NCBI GenBank assembly: GCA_973895155.1
Contig: OZ316896.1
Span: 16,595,752 to 16,659,751 of the forward strand
Direction of reading: 5' to 3'
DNA length: 64,000 nt
From: Marsupella aquatica
Lineage: Eukaryota > Plantae > Marchantiophyta
The position numbers were made by a program, and so were the translations under genes. How positions within the stretch are numbered: the first letter of the stretch is position 1; every line of letters starts with the position of its first letter. The notes beneath the pieces are model-generated. The model saw nothing but the letters and a program-made list of their open reading frames with translations. It was not told where the DNA came from and searched no databases. Positions 26,795 to 40,190 of this stretch are shown here, piece by piece.

Positions 26795-29110
26795 TCAAGG
26801 TTCAAAGGATCCACAATTCGGAGAACACATCAATATAACTTTATCATTTACCTGAAAAAGCTCACGAAAGCCGTGCTGAAGCCAGCAGAGGTGACCCATA
26901 AGTAATACAGAAGGCAAAATCCCGGAAAGGATGGTTGAATGGGATGTCAATCCAATGTAAGCACCAGCCACATCCACAGTTGCGAGTGTGTTGCTGTTAC
27001 CAAGACCAAAATGACCACCAGCTCCAAGCCAATACAGAGTCAAGATTGGGACCCGTGGTTGGCAAGAGTGGGCAACTTTCTGAAAGAAACTTAATGTCAA
27101 TACAAGCTGTAGCAGGAGCAGGAGAACGGGGCCAGCGTTCACTGGTTGCTGCAACAACATCTGTACAAGACACCAGCATGACACAAGCACCTGACCTGCA
27201 GCATCCGTTGCTCCCTCCACCACGACATCCAAAGTTGAAATGCAAGGCTCTGGAATAGGAACATGTCTGCGAAATGAGGCCTTTGAAGAATGCTCCTGAA
27301 GTGGTTTGAGAGGTACGGCCCAAGGAATAACGAGGACTGCCACCAAAGACGTACCACCCAGAAGTGCAAAGATAAACCGAGCAATGAATGTTGCCCAGAT
27401 GTTATCAGTTGTTGCTGTGCTTGTATATGTCATGTACATGAATATTAGACCAGCAGAAAAATTCAGAGCAATGACAACCATAGATTGCAACAGGAGTGGT
27501 AAGGACTTCGATACCATCTTGCAACACAACAGTGTCACTATAGAAACGCAAATAATACGAATGGTAGTAATAAGCAATGGACTCCCACTCTCAAGGTACT
27601 TTGCTAAGTCTGGCAGGTGAGCCCAATTCACGCCACTTCGATGCCAGCTTCGTAAGATTCGTCCAAGTAAAAGCAGCAAACCAATTTTAACGACCAGTTC
27701 AACCCTATTATATAAAGTCACAGTCGAAGCTTTCATGGAACATATTTGTTTTTTTTCACCCAATTCCTGAAATGAAAGCCTTGCTAATACCACAAACAAA
27801 GTGGAAATCAAAAAATGCCAAGTGTACTGCTCTTCTTCCACAAGTGAGCTGGATCCTAAACTTGCTGCATGCGCAAGAACTCCTCCAAATGCTACCATCT
27901 TGACCAGTGAAGATGTTTGTGTAACCAGGTACCCAGATTCCTTTGATATAATGTTGCACGTTTTGTGCAATCCCAGCAAAAAGAAAAGAGTTGAGATCAG
28001 CATCATGCCGCTTCCACAAAGAAGGAAGTTGATGCGCTTCTCTGTGCTGCCTCGAGCAAGCCACTCAGACGTGGGTTTTATAAAGTGCACGTAAGCCTCC
28101 TTCACTATTTCAAAGGTAGGGGCTTCCGAGTCATCAGAGGTTGCTGTATTATCTCGTTTGCGTTTCCATTGCTGCTGCAACTCCAGAGCTAACTCGAAAG
28201 AAGTGCAAAGATTCTGCAGTTTGTCATTGCTATGTGATATGGACGTAGAATATTCACTTTTGTCCACTTGTTTAATCCGGCAAATTTCATTTTACACATA
28301 CAGACCCAGGAGATCGGGCGTGCACAAGTCTCAACAGTTGCCATGAATTTAACTCCAGCGCCTTCAGCTGCTGCTCAAGGGTCAAGGAAACAAACAGATG
28401 TGACAACAGAGCTCCAACGCTGTTCTTAGGGATCGGAACACCCAACAGCAAAGCAATTGTCGGAACCAAATCCACTTGAAAAGCGTCCCGCGTGTTACGT
28501 CCTTGTACATATAATGGGGCAGTGGAGTTCTTTCCAAAAACAAACAGGGCAAGAGCATCAATCTCCTTGGCAGTGGCGCCTCCCATGGTTGCCAGAGTCA
28601 GTCATGCCGTGATCACTTGCCACCACCATCAGAGTCCTGCCGGCTAAGCTAGACTTGCTCAACACTATCTGGTGGATTCTCATGATGACTTCATCCATCT
28701 CCTTTAATTTTGATACCATTAAGGGACTGCTACGACCACCAAGATGTCCCACATGATCCAACCCTAAGTAATGGAGAACCAAAAGGTCCCAGCTATTGCT
28801 CACGAGTTCGACATCCAGATGCCGGGACACGTTCCTATCGACCTCCACTGTATCCTTGACGAAGGAAACTGTGCACTCCATCGTGTCGTTCGAAAAGATT
28901 GGGGAACAATTTTAGCCAGGTATTATCTCCGAGCATTACCATCCTCCACCCAGCTCTTGATAATTGGGCGATCCAGTTGTCTTCCAGTAAAGCCTGCGTG
29001 TTGAAGTTGTATGCAACATCGAGAAACCCTGCAATTGCACCGGAAGTCATTGCTTTGAGACGAGGCATGGTCACGGTTGGAGATGCTGCTTTAGCGTGAT
29101 ATCCCACTGC
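26795..29110 (-). pseudogene. PIGG: Intronless, 5'-truncated, frameshifted GPI ethanolamine-phosphate transferase 2 (PIG-G/GPI7) copy; probable processed pseudogene
   Basis: PTVTMPRLKAMTSG, GDNTWLKLFP, DTVEVDRNVSRHL, LHYLGLDHVGH, SDHGMTDSGNHG, QVDLVPT, SSSLVEEEQYTWHF and GNSNTLATVDVAGAYIGL are spread over four ORFs joined by frameshifts (~28860, ~28580, ~28290); no introns over 2.3 kb; N- and C-terminal parts missing. Confidence 0.85.
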
Positions 29111-29799
29111 CGATATCTTTCATTTGTGTGTTCGACTCCTCTGTGACACATTTCATCCAAGGCCTGGGACGGGTGCTTGCATGGTCATCAGTTGCTTAAG
29201 ATTGAGCCATTGTTCATCTTTCCAAAGGCCCCAGCAGAGTGAAGGGGTGTCTGCTTGGTCATCATCTTTTCATAAATTTGACAGTCAGATGCTTACGATT
29301 GTGCCATTGTTTCTCTTTCCAAGGTCTTCATTAGATCAATTCGGGCAATGACTCCAGCATAGTTTTACATCATTATTATGTAGCTTGTCAGGGGAATCCT
29401 GTTTGTGATTAGTGTCAATCTTCACCCTTATCATCGTCTTCCACGGGCTTCGACAGTTTGGCCAGGAGTTTAGGGTAATCCAATCAAGCGCAATATAATC
29501 AGGAAAATACTACTTCAGGGTCATTTATATCCTCACTGAACCAGCTAAAAAATGAAGGGCCACAGTAGAAAGCCAACGTATGGAGCATTTGCCTTGTAGT
29601 ATTGCATGATCTAAGGATACGACAACTCTGATTACAGGTCGTTCACAGCAACGAGCAGCACCATCGAGAAGGACTCGATGCTCGAAAGATTTCTTCAACA
29701 ACTCCGAGACTCTGAGTTTGGCAGGGTGAGTTCGAGCCCAACTTGTAGAAAACTGATGGACACGCACCAAGGAATACTCATTTAAGAATTTGCTATTTC

Positions 29800-30560
29800 T
29801 TGTTGACTAAACAATTTGGTGGGCTGGAAATTGTTCCAAAGGATTTGCTCCAAAAAGTTGAGGGGAGAATGGTGGTCGAAGGCACTATTCGCGCTCGAAC
29901 AACAAAAACAAGTGGCTAAATCTCAATATTGTGGCTTACTACCAACTAGGCAACAACAAAGTCACAAGTCAAAGCGTGAAGGAGACTCTAGAAAACAAGG
30001 GTAGTTTCGTCCATGGCATTGACATAATCGAGAGCTATTTGCGATCTGACTGTTCTCTCAAGAACTGTGGTCGCAGTGGTCCATTCTTGGAACCAGAAAC
30101 TGGCTGGCTGCTTTTACAAACCGTGGTGCATCCCACATATATGAGCTTCTGGGTACATCTTACGGTAATCGATGAGCAATTCATAGGTCAATTCGTGCCT
30201 AGAAAAACAAAAATCCAGAGGTCAATTATCCCAATCCTCGCACGCTCCGTATTTGCAAAAAAAACGAGACACGGTAAAGTGGAGATACAGTTTGATGAGC
30301 GCCCTCCTTCGAAACTTGCTCCGAATCACCTTCCTACAAAACGTCTCTTTAACACCTGGGAAAACCAAACGCGAGGCAATCGACTAATTGCCAAAGTTTG
30401 TAGATATGCTGCTGGTAATCTCAAAGCAGTTGTCGTATATAATGTACAAGGACTTGGCCACGTGAGTACCCTCATATACTGTAGCCATTCCTGCGCCAAA
30501 AAAATTCACCATTCTTTGCCATGACACCAGGAAGATCAATTCTGTGACCCCTTCCATCAG
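29800..30560 (-). pseudogene. Possible heavily decayed protein-kinase-like fragment
   Basis: One minus frame with several stops gives motifs in kinase order: FGAGMATVYEG, AHICGMHHGL*KQPASF, IALDY, TCDFVVA*LVV. Each match is weak. Confidence 0.3.
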
Positions 30561-30863
30561 CTCAATCCCGATACCACACGCAACAATTTTCCAAAACCAC
30601 TTCTGGGATCTCGCTGCCATCCCCTTGGATCCGCCCACAAAGGCATATCCATTGCGTCTGCTGTTAACACTCTTCACTGTTTAATAATAGATGGAGCTGG
30701 GACTGAGCTCCTGTAACTGGATACGAGAAGGTGAGGTACACTACTCATTTGAAGATTCGCACTGTACACCGAGAGAAACTCATAACCTGTAATGATAAGC
30801 TCATTGTTGTCTTGAAGACATGGATGGCCCGACGTTCTTCTTAAGATTCATCACGTTAAGGAT

Positions 30864-33800
30864 CTATATCACAAGATGCAGCTTATTTGTCCATTCAGCA
30901 GCGCGACGTAGGATGCTATCGCGAGCGGCAACAGTGATCGCCATGCCACGGAGGTTCAATATGAATCTTACGCCGCATTTAGAAACAAGAGCCTCTCCTC
31001 TTTCAATCCCAGCATTAATCATCTAGGAGCAACGACATCCAACCAACAAGAAATCTCAGTCAACTGCAAATGCAACAGCCTATCACTGAGACGATATAAA
31101 GACTCAAAACAGAACCTGACATGCATTGTACCTCAATCAACTTCTCTCCGCCGTAAGAGTAGTTTCCTGACATCGAAAGCTGCAAGTAACCGAACAACAT
31201 GAGAGTAAGTTCGGGCAAACCGATTCAATTAAAGAGCTGATTTACGGTACTTTCGACAAACATAATGTTTTCAGGAACAAAATCCCTCCGCAGATAATCT
31301 TCTGCTACGTGTGTTTCTAAATCTTCTGTAACGACTGCAAATACACTCATCATATAAATTTCTTAACAGTCAGCAAACGGTAACTCGTCTGTGCTCCGTC
31401 CTAACTGTATTGTTTCAGGAGTGCAATGCTGTTTACTACAAGAGAAAACCTCTGAATTTCATAATTCTGATAGATTACAATCATGAAGACGAGAGAAATG
31501 TCCTTCGTTGTTGGTCAACCTTTTGAAGTTTTGTATGGGTTTGAAGTGTCCGCAACAGCAAATCGGAACAGGACCCTTCAATCTTGTTGTTTGACAAATT
31601 GAGCTCCAAAAGCGAATCATTTCCCTGACAGAAGTCATAAAAGTGCATTAACATCCTGCTCAGATAGCATCAAGGCTGACCACTAGCTGTGCTGATCTTC
31701 AAAGGTATGTAGCGTTGGGGGTTTTATTCCCTCTAAACAACGCAAAATTAGAGCACAATTTACAGTAGTTTGCGCTCGTACTCCTGGCTGTAAGTAGGTA
31801 GAGCCAATTTGACCAGATATCACTTTCTAGACATTAAAGGTAGACTTTTTTAAGTGGGATAAACAAACCTGAAGCCATTCAAAAATTGACGCAGCCCCAG
31901 TAGCTGTGATATGATTGTCACCAAGTTCAAGCTTCTGCGCTCACACAAGTTCAAGTCAAGGAAACTCCAGGTCACAAATACTTCACAAGATATCTGTCAT
32001 GAAGATGTTCCGCGAAACGAAATAAGAACCATGAAAGTCCTTTTGAGCATATCAAAGATCGTGCAGTCCAACATAGGACCATGTCAGGGTCGTGGTGATC
32101 TCTATGTCTATGTCCCTTGTTTGCAGGAAAGAAAGATTCTTGCTCTGGGAAACAACGGCTTTTCTAACCTGGATGGTATTATGTTGACTCAAAGCCACCA
32201 CAAGTTTTGAGATATCAGAATCCTGCAGCTCACACTGCGTCAAATGTAACTTTTGCAAATTTGGTGGAATTCCACTTAGCAGAGGTCCCACCAGCACGAA
32301 AGATTTCGGCAGTGCCTCCTGTGTTTGCAACGACTCATAAATTTTCTGTGGCTCAGACGTGGAGGAAAATATTTTCCCAACGGCCGGGGAATAAGAGCGC
32401 CGCGAAAATTTCAAGTTCCCTGTCATAATGCAGACAAGTGGTCTCAAGGACATGGCAGCTGCTACTAAATCAAAAAATGGCGTATACTCTGACTAAAGAG
32501 ACTTGGCTATTGTCTGCATTAAGAAGGAATTGAATTAAGGCACCGAGAACCTACCTTCCAGAAAAAGTACCTCCAGGGCACTGGATTGTAATGCAATCAG
32601 TGCATCTTCTGTTGTAGACGATGCAATCTTGTTGTCACGAACATCCAGGCATTTCAAGGTCCTACAAAGGCATGGAGATGTCTATTATCAAACTGTGTCC
32701 AGGTTCATTTAGGAAAACAGGTCCGACATTGTGGAGTCAGTATGCAGTTTGAACCTTGAGAATAGATTATCCAGATTGGCACACGAATTAAGGAAAATGA
32801 TGATCTACAGACAAGATTGTAGTGGCGAAATTTAGAATAGGAAAACCCTAGGTCAGAAATGAAGCGGACGACCCAGAGGCACACAATTACCTGACAAGTG
32901 GGAGCGCTTTAGCAATTGCAGAAAAGCCTTCTGACCCTATTGTATTATAAGCAAGGCGAAGAACCTGAAGCCTTGTATCAACGACAGCCAAACCGTGATT
33001 GCTTAATTGGATGTGGGCTTACGTAAAGCACAAGTTGCTCCAGGCATCGAACGAATAGACTAAAAAATCAAAAATTCCAAGAATTACAAGGTAGTACCTT
33101 GGGTGTGACTGAAGACTTTGGCTCAGAAGGATAGCCGCCTCAGTTGTGAATCCTGTCTCACTATACAATAGAGAACTTTTCAATACACAATCACAATCCT
33201 CTCCGTGATACTACAGGTTTCTTTACATTAGCACAAGACACCTGAAAAAAAATTACTCGCCAACAAAAACTCTTTATTAGGAACGCCCAAAACTTCACAA
33301 ACTCTCATAGATCAGGAATAAAGTGACTTCTACATAGAACAACTGAGTACTGCTTGGTTGCAAAGAACCATGTAGAAACGACATGTGAAAGGTTTTCTAA
33401 CTTGCTTATAGGGCAGCATGTGTGAAAACAAATAAAGTCTATGTAGATGACTTTCAATGATAACTATCATTTAGAAATGAACTAAACTGTGATTACTTAA
33501 ACGGAACAGAATGATGAGGTATTTAGAATCAGCCTACGTGAGAACGTTAGCTTGACCTCACTACTTCATCGTGATATTATTTCAATGGGAAAATTCTTTT
33601 ACATTTCACTTTTGAATCACCGATCCATACCTTACATCGAGAATCTGAAGTTGAGGATACTTTTGAAGAATCTCCCCGGCAAGCAAACAGGGTATTTCTC
33701 CATTAGCTAAAGGATTTCCCAATGGGAGTTTGACCAGGTCTGTCCACACCATCGAAAGAAAGTGGTCAGCCAGGAAGGGTAGTGATGTCAATGCTGTATA

Positions 33801-36800
33801 TATTAGAATCAGGAAAAGCCTATTGTTCTTATCTTCGAGGCCAAGTGGAGATATCCCAATACTGAAATGATTTGGTGGGACAGATAGGGGACGATTATAA
33901 CTTATTCACAGGCAGTACACTTACGCAGTGACGTCAAATTTGGAAATCGAGCTAAATAGGAGCAGAAAGGTAGGCTTGCAGGAGCCTTGAGAACCCAGTC
34001 ATAGAACAAGGGTCTTATCTGCATTTTCCAAGCCAGCACATATTTATTGTTCAATTCCATTAACAAACTTTTTGGTGGGTGGAAACGTGCCCCGATAAAC
34101 TTTAAGGGCGAGAATAACAAGGAACAGGGAACAAGCTCTACAGACTTCACCGAATATTTTAGGTTTTAGAGTTCTACGTTACAACGAATGTACCAAAACG
34201 AGATGAGGTCTGGAGGGATCGAGGATTTACAGTATGACTATACGCGTACTTTCCTTTGTGTTGTACTTCTGCAAAGAACGACTCATTTGCACCTTCATAG
34301 GAAACAAAAAGTGAATCAGAGCTTCAAATTGAAACATAAGTTTTATGTACTACTTTGCATCTGCAACCAGCAAACGTAACCAATCGATTGCCCAAATAGG
34401 AATTAAGAACCTGAAATGTGTCAATGGCATCGATCGCATGGATCATGAGTAGGCAGCGTTAAAGGCATAGAATCCTCACTTCCATCTTGACGATCTGCAA
34501 GCTGCTGCAGATGAAGAGAAATAAACAAGGACTTCCATGACGTTGGTGAAGGTCCTTCACTGAATCCCCATGTGTGAAAAGATGGAGGGCTTTCTGAAGG
34601 TGCAATAGGTTTAATAATATCTTCTATGAGAAATTTATTGCAATGTTTTTCCCATAAAACATCAGTTCCTGCAAAGGCATATTCTGTGTCAATCTACTTG
34701 AGACGGTTAAGACTTTCGTTATATTTTCGATAGCATGAGTAGAAGTAGTTCGCATTAAGACCCCAAATACTAATTTCTCAACTGCTCACGCCTAGGATGT
34801 CAGATGCTACTGACAAACATTGCACTTAAAGTTGGGTTTCTTTCAACTGAAAAGAAAGAGAAGTAAGATGCAAACCACCTTAAGAATACAGAGTAGCATA
34901 ACAACGAACGAACTTCACATCACATTTGAGGGTGTAAACCTACCAAGATTCAAGCTGAGAAAATCTTGCCGTTCCTCTGCTTCAAAAAGTTCTTGAGCTG
35001 TAAATTGCTTTGCTACACACCACGCTAGATCCACCGGCATGGAAGAAAGATCTGGGACATCTGTGTAATAGATAAAGGTTATTCCAGGCCAATTAAAAAT
35101 ATTGGCTTCAACTCAGTTCCAGTTGTCACAAGTCTACCATGCTGTTTCCCATCAAGAAAAGCTTCTGGAGCAAATAACATTTTGCTCCACCTCTAGACGA
35201 AACCCTTTCCGATACTCCGAACTGCAGCACGGTCACTCAGCTACAATCAACTGTGGCATTCGCTCTTACTAATAGCCAACTTTGGCATATACACTCCCTT
35301 CAGGATGTCACTCTTTAGGAACGTCCTTCTGCACCTCCAACACAGCAGTTCTCAACAATAGCGTGTACGAATAGCATTATGTTGCGTGACGATCGAAGCA
35401 TGGACATATGAGTCTGACCGACAGCACTGGAGAACCTAGAAGTCGACGTGCTGCGTCTAAATTGTAAACATGTCCAAGTACCTTGAAAATGTCGTGCAAC
35501 CATAGTGGCAGTCACATCTAGAAGGTCCTGAATCCCAAGGAAGTTTGCTACGTGTATGAGGTCCATCACGTGCAGTGGGTTCACCTTTAAGCCATGAAAA
35601 CATGTACCAACGCGAGATGGTTAGTCAGATTGTGGACAAAGCTCATCAAACAGGAGAGAAGCGGCAAGTCCATGGTGATATTGGTAGAGACTAGACTCAA
35701 AAACCCTTGAGATGATAGAACTTGACAGTGGTCCTTTCATATTCCAATCAGATTACCAAACGTTTCTTGCAATCAAAACAACCTTTACCATATCGTTAAA
35801 TATGAATCGAAGAATGACGAGTAACTCAGAATGGCCTGACGTCAATTTACTCTAGCAAGACTAAGACGTTGGGCTTCATTGAGGCGATCTACAAAATTTA
35901 TCGTCACTGTTCAATCTGTTCTGTAGGTCACTCATCTTCCAGACTCTCACCTCAAACTGGAACACCACCCGCGGTGAGTTTGCACCCCAGTATTGTGCAG
36001 CCTTCAACTTGTTGATATGTTCCATAAAAACAAATCTCAAAACGTACTCCATAATCTGCCAATGCACAAGTAGCAACCTTTGAAAGTAGTTTCAGGATGA
36101 CAATCGGGATATCAATATACTGTCAAGAGGAGTTTGAGAGATAGCTTGTAGCAGCAGACGCTAGACAACAAATGCAGGTGATTGTCAAAGCGATAATTAC
36201 CTCGGGTTGAATCTCTGGAAACCGGATGACGTCCTCCACCTTCTCATCGAATATAGCTGCCAGGGATTGAGGGTAGACTTTACAGTCAGAGACTCGAAAG
36301 TCATCGGTAAAATACCAGCAAAGAAAACCGATTAACGATAATGATTACAGACCTGAATTGCAATAGAAATGACAAATTCTCGTTGAAAAATATTAGCTTC
36401 GCCCATGCGATCCTTACGGAATCGAATCCGGGGGGATGGAGGAATCCCCCAGGTTATTCCCCTACCACTTTTGTGGGGCGGCTTAGTCAAGTCCCGCTGA
36501 TGTGTGTGGATGAGGAGATGTACAACTCAGGGTTCAACCCGGCCGGCAATGCTTCTATGCCTCTACCAACTCTCGTCGCTCTTTTATTCTATTTTTCGTG
36601 AAACTAAACAACAATTTCGTACCAGAACAGAGTTCCGATTCACTAGTCAAGCGAAGAGCATACTAAGTCACCTTCAACAAGTAAAGTTCGGAAGATACTA
36701 ACCATCGCTGTGAAGACTGAGGTCCATGCACTCAAACGATTGTACCACCTTGAAAGGGACGAGAAACTCTCGGTCATCTTTACACATAATTTTGAGGTAG

Positions 36801-37111
36801 CCTTTATCTGGTGGCGTAATCTCCAGGAGAGAGGGGCCGCTCACCACGCCTTTCCCTTCGAAGATTTCAATCTGGTCCATAGCCCCTCTGTTTTGCGCAG
36901 TCCTCTTTTTTTCTTTCCAAGGCTTCCGCACGTTCGTCGCTCTGTCCGCTTCTAATGAGACGTCCTTCGCTTCAATCCCTTCATCTTCCCGATGGAGCGG
37001 CTTTGCGGGTCGGCTCGTTCCGACGCCAGCGTTATCAGTGTCAGTTTGTGAAACATCCAGTCCAGTCGCAGAAGACTCGCCTCCTGCTGTAGCATCTCGA
37101 TCGATCCCCAT
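30864..37111 (-). CDS. Multi-exon fusion protein: Elongin C/SKP1-like domain + Elongin A-like domain + RNI-like leucine-rich repeats. First exons 37111-36703, 36256-36201, 36055-35951, 35584-35482, 35060-34944, 34668-34480; last exon ends at 30864; middle exons not fully resolved
   Basis: YLKIMCKDDREFLVP..FDEKVEDVIRFPEIQPEIMEYVLRF..FEVNPLHVMDLIHVANFLGI (EloC-like); DLSSMPVDLAWCVAKQFTAQELFEAEE..TDVLWEKHCNKF..SWKSLF (EloA-like); LRRs LQILDV, LRLAYNTIGSEG, LKCLDVRDNKI, LQKLHLTQCELQDSD, LLELNLSNNKIEG, LSMSGN. Confidence 0.8.
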
Positions 37112-38865
37112 TGAACAGAATTGCAGAATGCAGCGTTGTTTGGTCACATGCAGATCGTACGAGAGCTCAGCTGGATACCATTTGATCGCGAAGAACAAAC
37201 CTCTGTAGAAATATTTCGGGGCGAAATCTTTCTGATGTTTACGAAGGCTTTGCGACCCGCTACTGATCTCAACAACGGCATTGCATTAAGCCCTCCACAA
37301 TGTAAGCAGACGGAACGCTTTTAGGCACCCTCAAAATTCACTGTGAGCGAATGGACAGATCGAAGAGTCAGCAATCGCGTGTCATCGCAATGCGCTGCAT
37401 TTTCACCACCACATTGGACGTTTCCCGACTAGCCAACAGGAAGTTTGGCCCTGCGTTACCAAACTTAGCAGAAGAAGAATTGGAAAGTGAATTAAATACA
37501 CCATTCATAGTTGAAATTAACACTCCTGTTTATCTCCAATCCCAACGACAGGAACTCTCCTGCCTGCCTACTACGCACTTATCCATCCATCCGGGTCTCC
37601 ATTTTGGGAGGAAGTGAATGAGGTCACCAAAACCTTTGCGAAACAGAAGGTTTGCGCGTACTGGAGGAAGGCCCGGGAGGTGTGATTCTGAACGCTACTG
37701 CTGACGGAGGGAGTCTTACAGTTTTTCTCCGAAACGCAGATATGCAAGGAGCAACCGCTTGTCTCAGATTTCGTTTGCCACACGTCCAACCACTTCCTTT
37801 CAGCTGGTTCTTCAGCCGATCCGATGTGACCGAATTGCACGCACTGCGTTCGAATACAATGCGGCACGCCGAGCTACACGAGGTCCGAATTCACTTCACC
37901 TCGCCCTGAAATGCATTTGTTGATATGCAATGCCGTCCAATCCCGTCCAGTTCAGAAGGAAGCGCTGCAATGGTCCTTTCCGTATGTCCGGACTCCGGAC
38001 ATGCTTGCAACGCAGCTACAATCTCGACCTTGTCATCCCTGAACTGTAAACGACATTTGAAATTGGTGCCATCTCTGTTCCGCAAACTGAGGTCCTACTC
38101 AGAGGCAAGTGAACGAATCCAATCGTTTCCACAGGGGACAGGAAATGCACGCAGAGATCCAACTCCTCGTCGACAATTTCAGAAGGAAGAGGCTGAAGAT
38201 GGTGGCGTGCAGTTCCCGTTCAGCTGGCACAGAAGGGGTAAAAATAGGATCAAAACGCAGACAGAGGATGAGCACCGAAGCAAGCGACTGATGAAGCAGA
38301 TCGCATCATCTAGAAAGCATTTGAGCAGCACTCGATGCGGCACACATTTTGAAAACTGCAGCACATCGAGTGCAGATCGATTGTTTCATTTGTTTGGATC
38401 CAGTCGGAGCGATGTAGGGCTGGGCCGGGATCACCGAGACGCCGAGAGCCTTCGCGCTCAACAATGTTTTCGAGAATGATGATGCTCAAAGTACGCGATT
38501 TAAAAAGCTCCCAGGATCGATTTGTAGACTCGATAGGTACAGAGAGTACTGTAGTTCCTTAGTGGCACTTGTAAACGTGCTTAAATGTTAGAGAATGAAA
38601 ATAATGTCTCTAACTTGTACTATATTTGTGAGTACTACTGTAGCCCAACTACTCACACTTTGAAAGTAAATATATATTATCTACAATTATAATAAGATAT
38701 AGTGCCTTTTTTGTTATTTGTCCCAATGCAAACAAGCTCTTGGGTGGGAAAGATCCACCACGGTTGCATGTGATTTGCTGTTTTTTCTGACCATTGATGG
38801 AGGAAATGGGCACCCCAGGCGCATATGTGCTTCCCCATGCTGCCCCATAAATGCCCCGGGCCCAA

Positions 38866-38923
38866 CTCCCTATGGGTCAGCCCTCCTTGCGCCGCTCCCT
38901 ATGGGTCAGCCCTCCTTGCGCCG
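38866..38923. repeat. 29-bp tandem duplication
   Basis: ctccctatgggtcagccctccttgcgccg x2. Confidence 0.9.
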
Positions 38924-39825
38924 TGCAATGCACCGACATAGGGCCCGTAGATAGGATAAATAAGAAAGTATATAAAAATGATGAGAGGAGATGACCAAAT
39001 TAAGATGAAGGAGATGCCCAAATTTCCTCAAGGAATTGAAGAAGAGCTGGCCCTTTCACCACAGCTCTCCCAACCCTCGATGACACCAGCTGACGACTTC
39101 ACAGGCGGCATCCCTAATCCATCAACTCTCTTCACATGCGACCTGTTCTCCACCAACTCTCTTCACAAGCAACCATAGTTTCAGATGCAATGCATTTTTT
39201 CCAGCACAACTCCACTTCCATCCCTGTTTGTCACCCCCGCCCCTAAATTGATTCTCTAGGATAAACTAGTGAGCCTAAGTCTAGACTATCTACAGGCTTC
39301 AGTCTAGACGTAGGCTCACTAGTTGCACTTGTAAAAGGGCTCAATATTTGAGAATGAGAATGACTAGATCTGTAATACACTGTCTAGTGAATAATGTCTC
39401 CAACACAATCAGAGTCAGAAATGAATCATTCATCTATATTGGCTGCTGTCGGGCTCCTATCAGAGCAAATGGTCATAGGATCAATTTGGAGTTTCTTGGA
39501 GTTGATGAGTCGGGCATGAAGTATTGAGATACCCTGTTAGATGCTCTTATTGTGATGACGCTTTCTATAACAATGAGCACTTGACTTAGTTTAAACCAAA
39601 CTAAGTGGCAACAAGTTAGGATAGCAGCAAATGTGGAAGAGGATCAATTGCAATTATACTTGAATTGTAGATATTCAAGTCTCCAATGACATTATACTCC
39701 AACAATTTTTTAATGATGTGCAAATTTGGTAGCCTTTGTGCAACATATTGTCATGTGCAATATGCCATTTACCCCACCCAACTGGCACCTTGTTTGCAAA
39801 TAACTACTTTTGCTTATAAAATACA

Positions 39826-40190
39826 CTAGTGTAATCTGAAGACCATGTTCACAATGTGTTCCAATACCACCAGTGTTAATCAGTCACCCCAGCCCTAACA
39901 ATATGGGTGAGCAAAAACTACTCTCATTATAAAAAATGGCTAAGTGTGATCTCAAGCTAGACAATATGGACATTCATATGTCTTCCAAAATCATCACTGC
40001 TGACTATTCACCCATGCCGTTAGCAAACATTGCTCTCGTTGCTAAGTGTGATCTGAAGATAATATTGACATTGTCTTCCAAAACCACCAGCGTCAATCGT
40101 TCCCCCGCCCGTGCCCAAATGGCATGGGTGAGAAATATACGCTCTCATTGCTAAATGTGATCTGTGACATTGCCTTCCAAAATCACCTGT
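39826..40190. repeat. Degenerate minisatellite, about 105-110-bp unit, about 3.5 copies
   Basis: gctaagtgtgatct...gacat...tcttccaaaa.cacc recurs near 39826, 39938, 40041 and 40150. Confidence 0.7.

Noticed and set aside
29931-30524. 197-aa plus-strand ORF as a gene
   Set aside because: Non-ATG start and no recognisable domain; composition suggests an antisense shadow.
37351-38479. Chain of plus-strand ORFs divergent from the EloC-LRR gene
   Set aside because: GC-richer and vaguely coding-like, but no motif or consistent splice model could be built.
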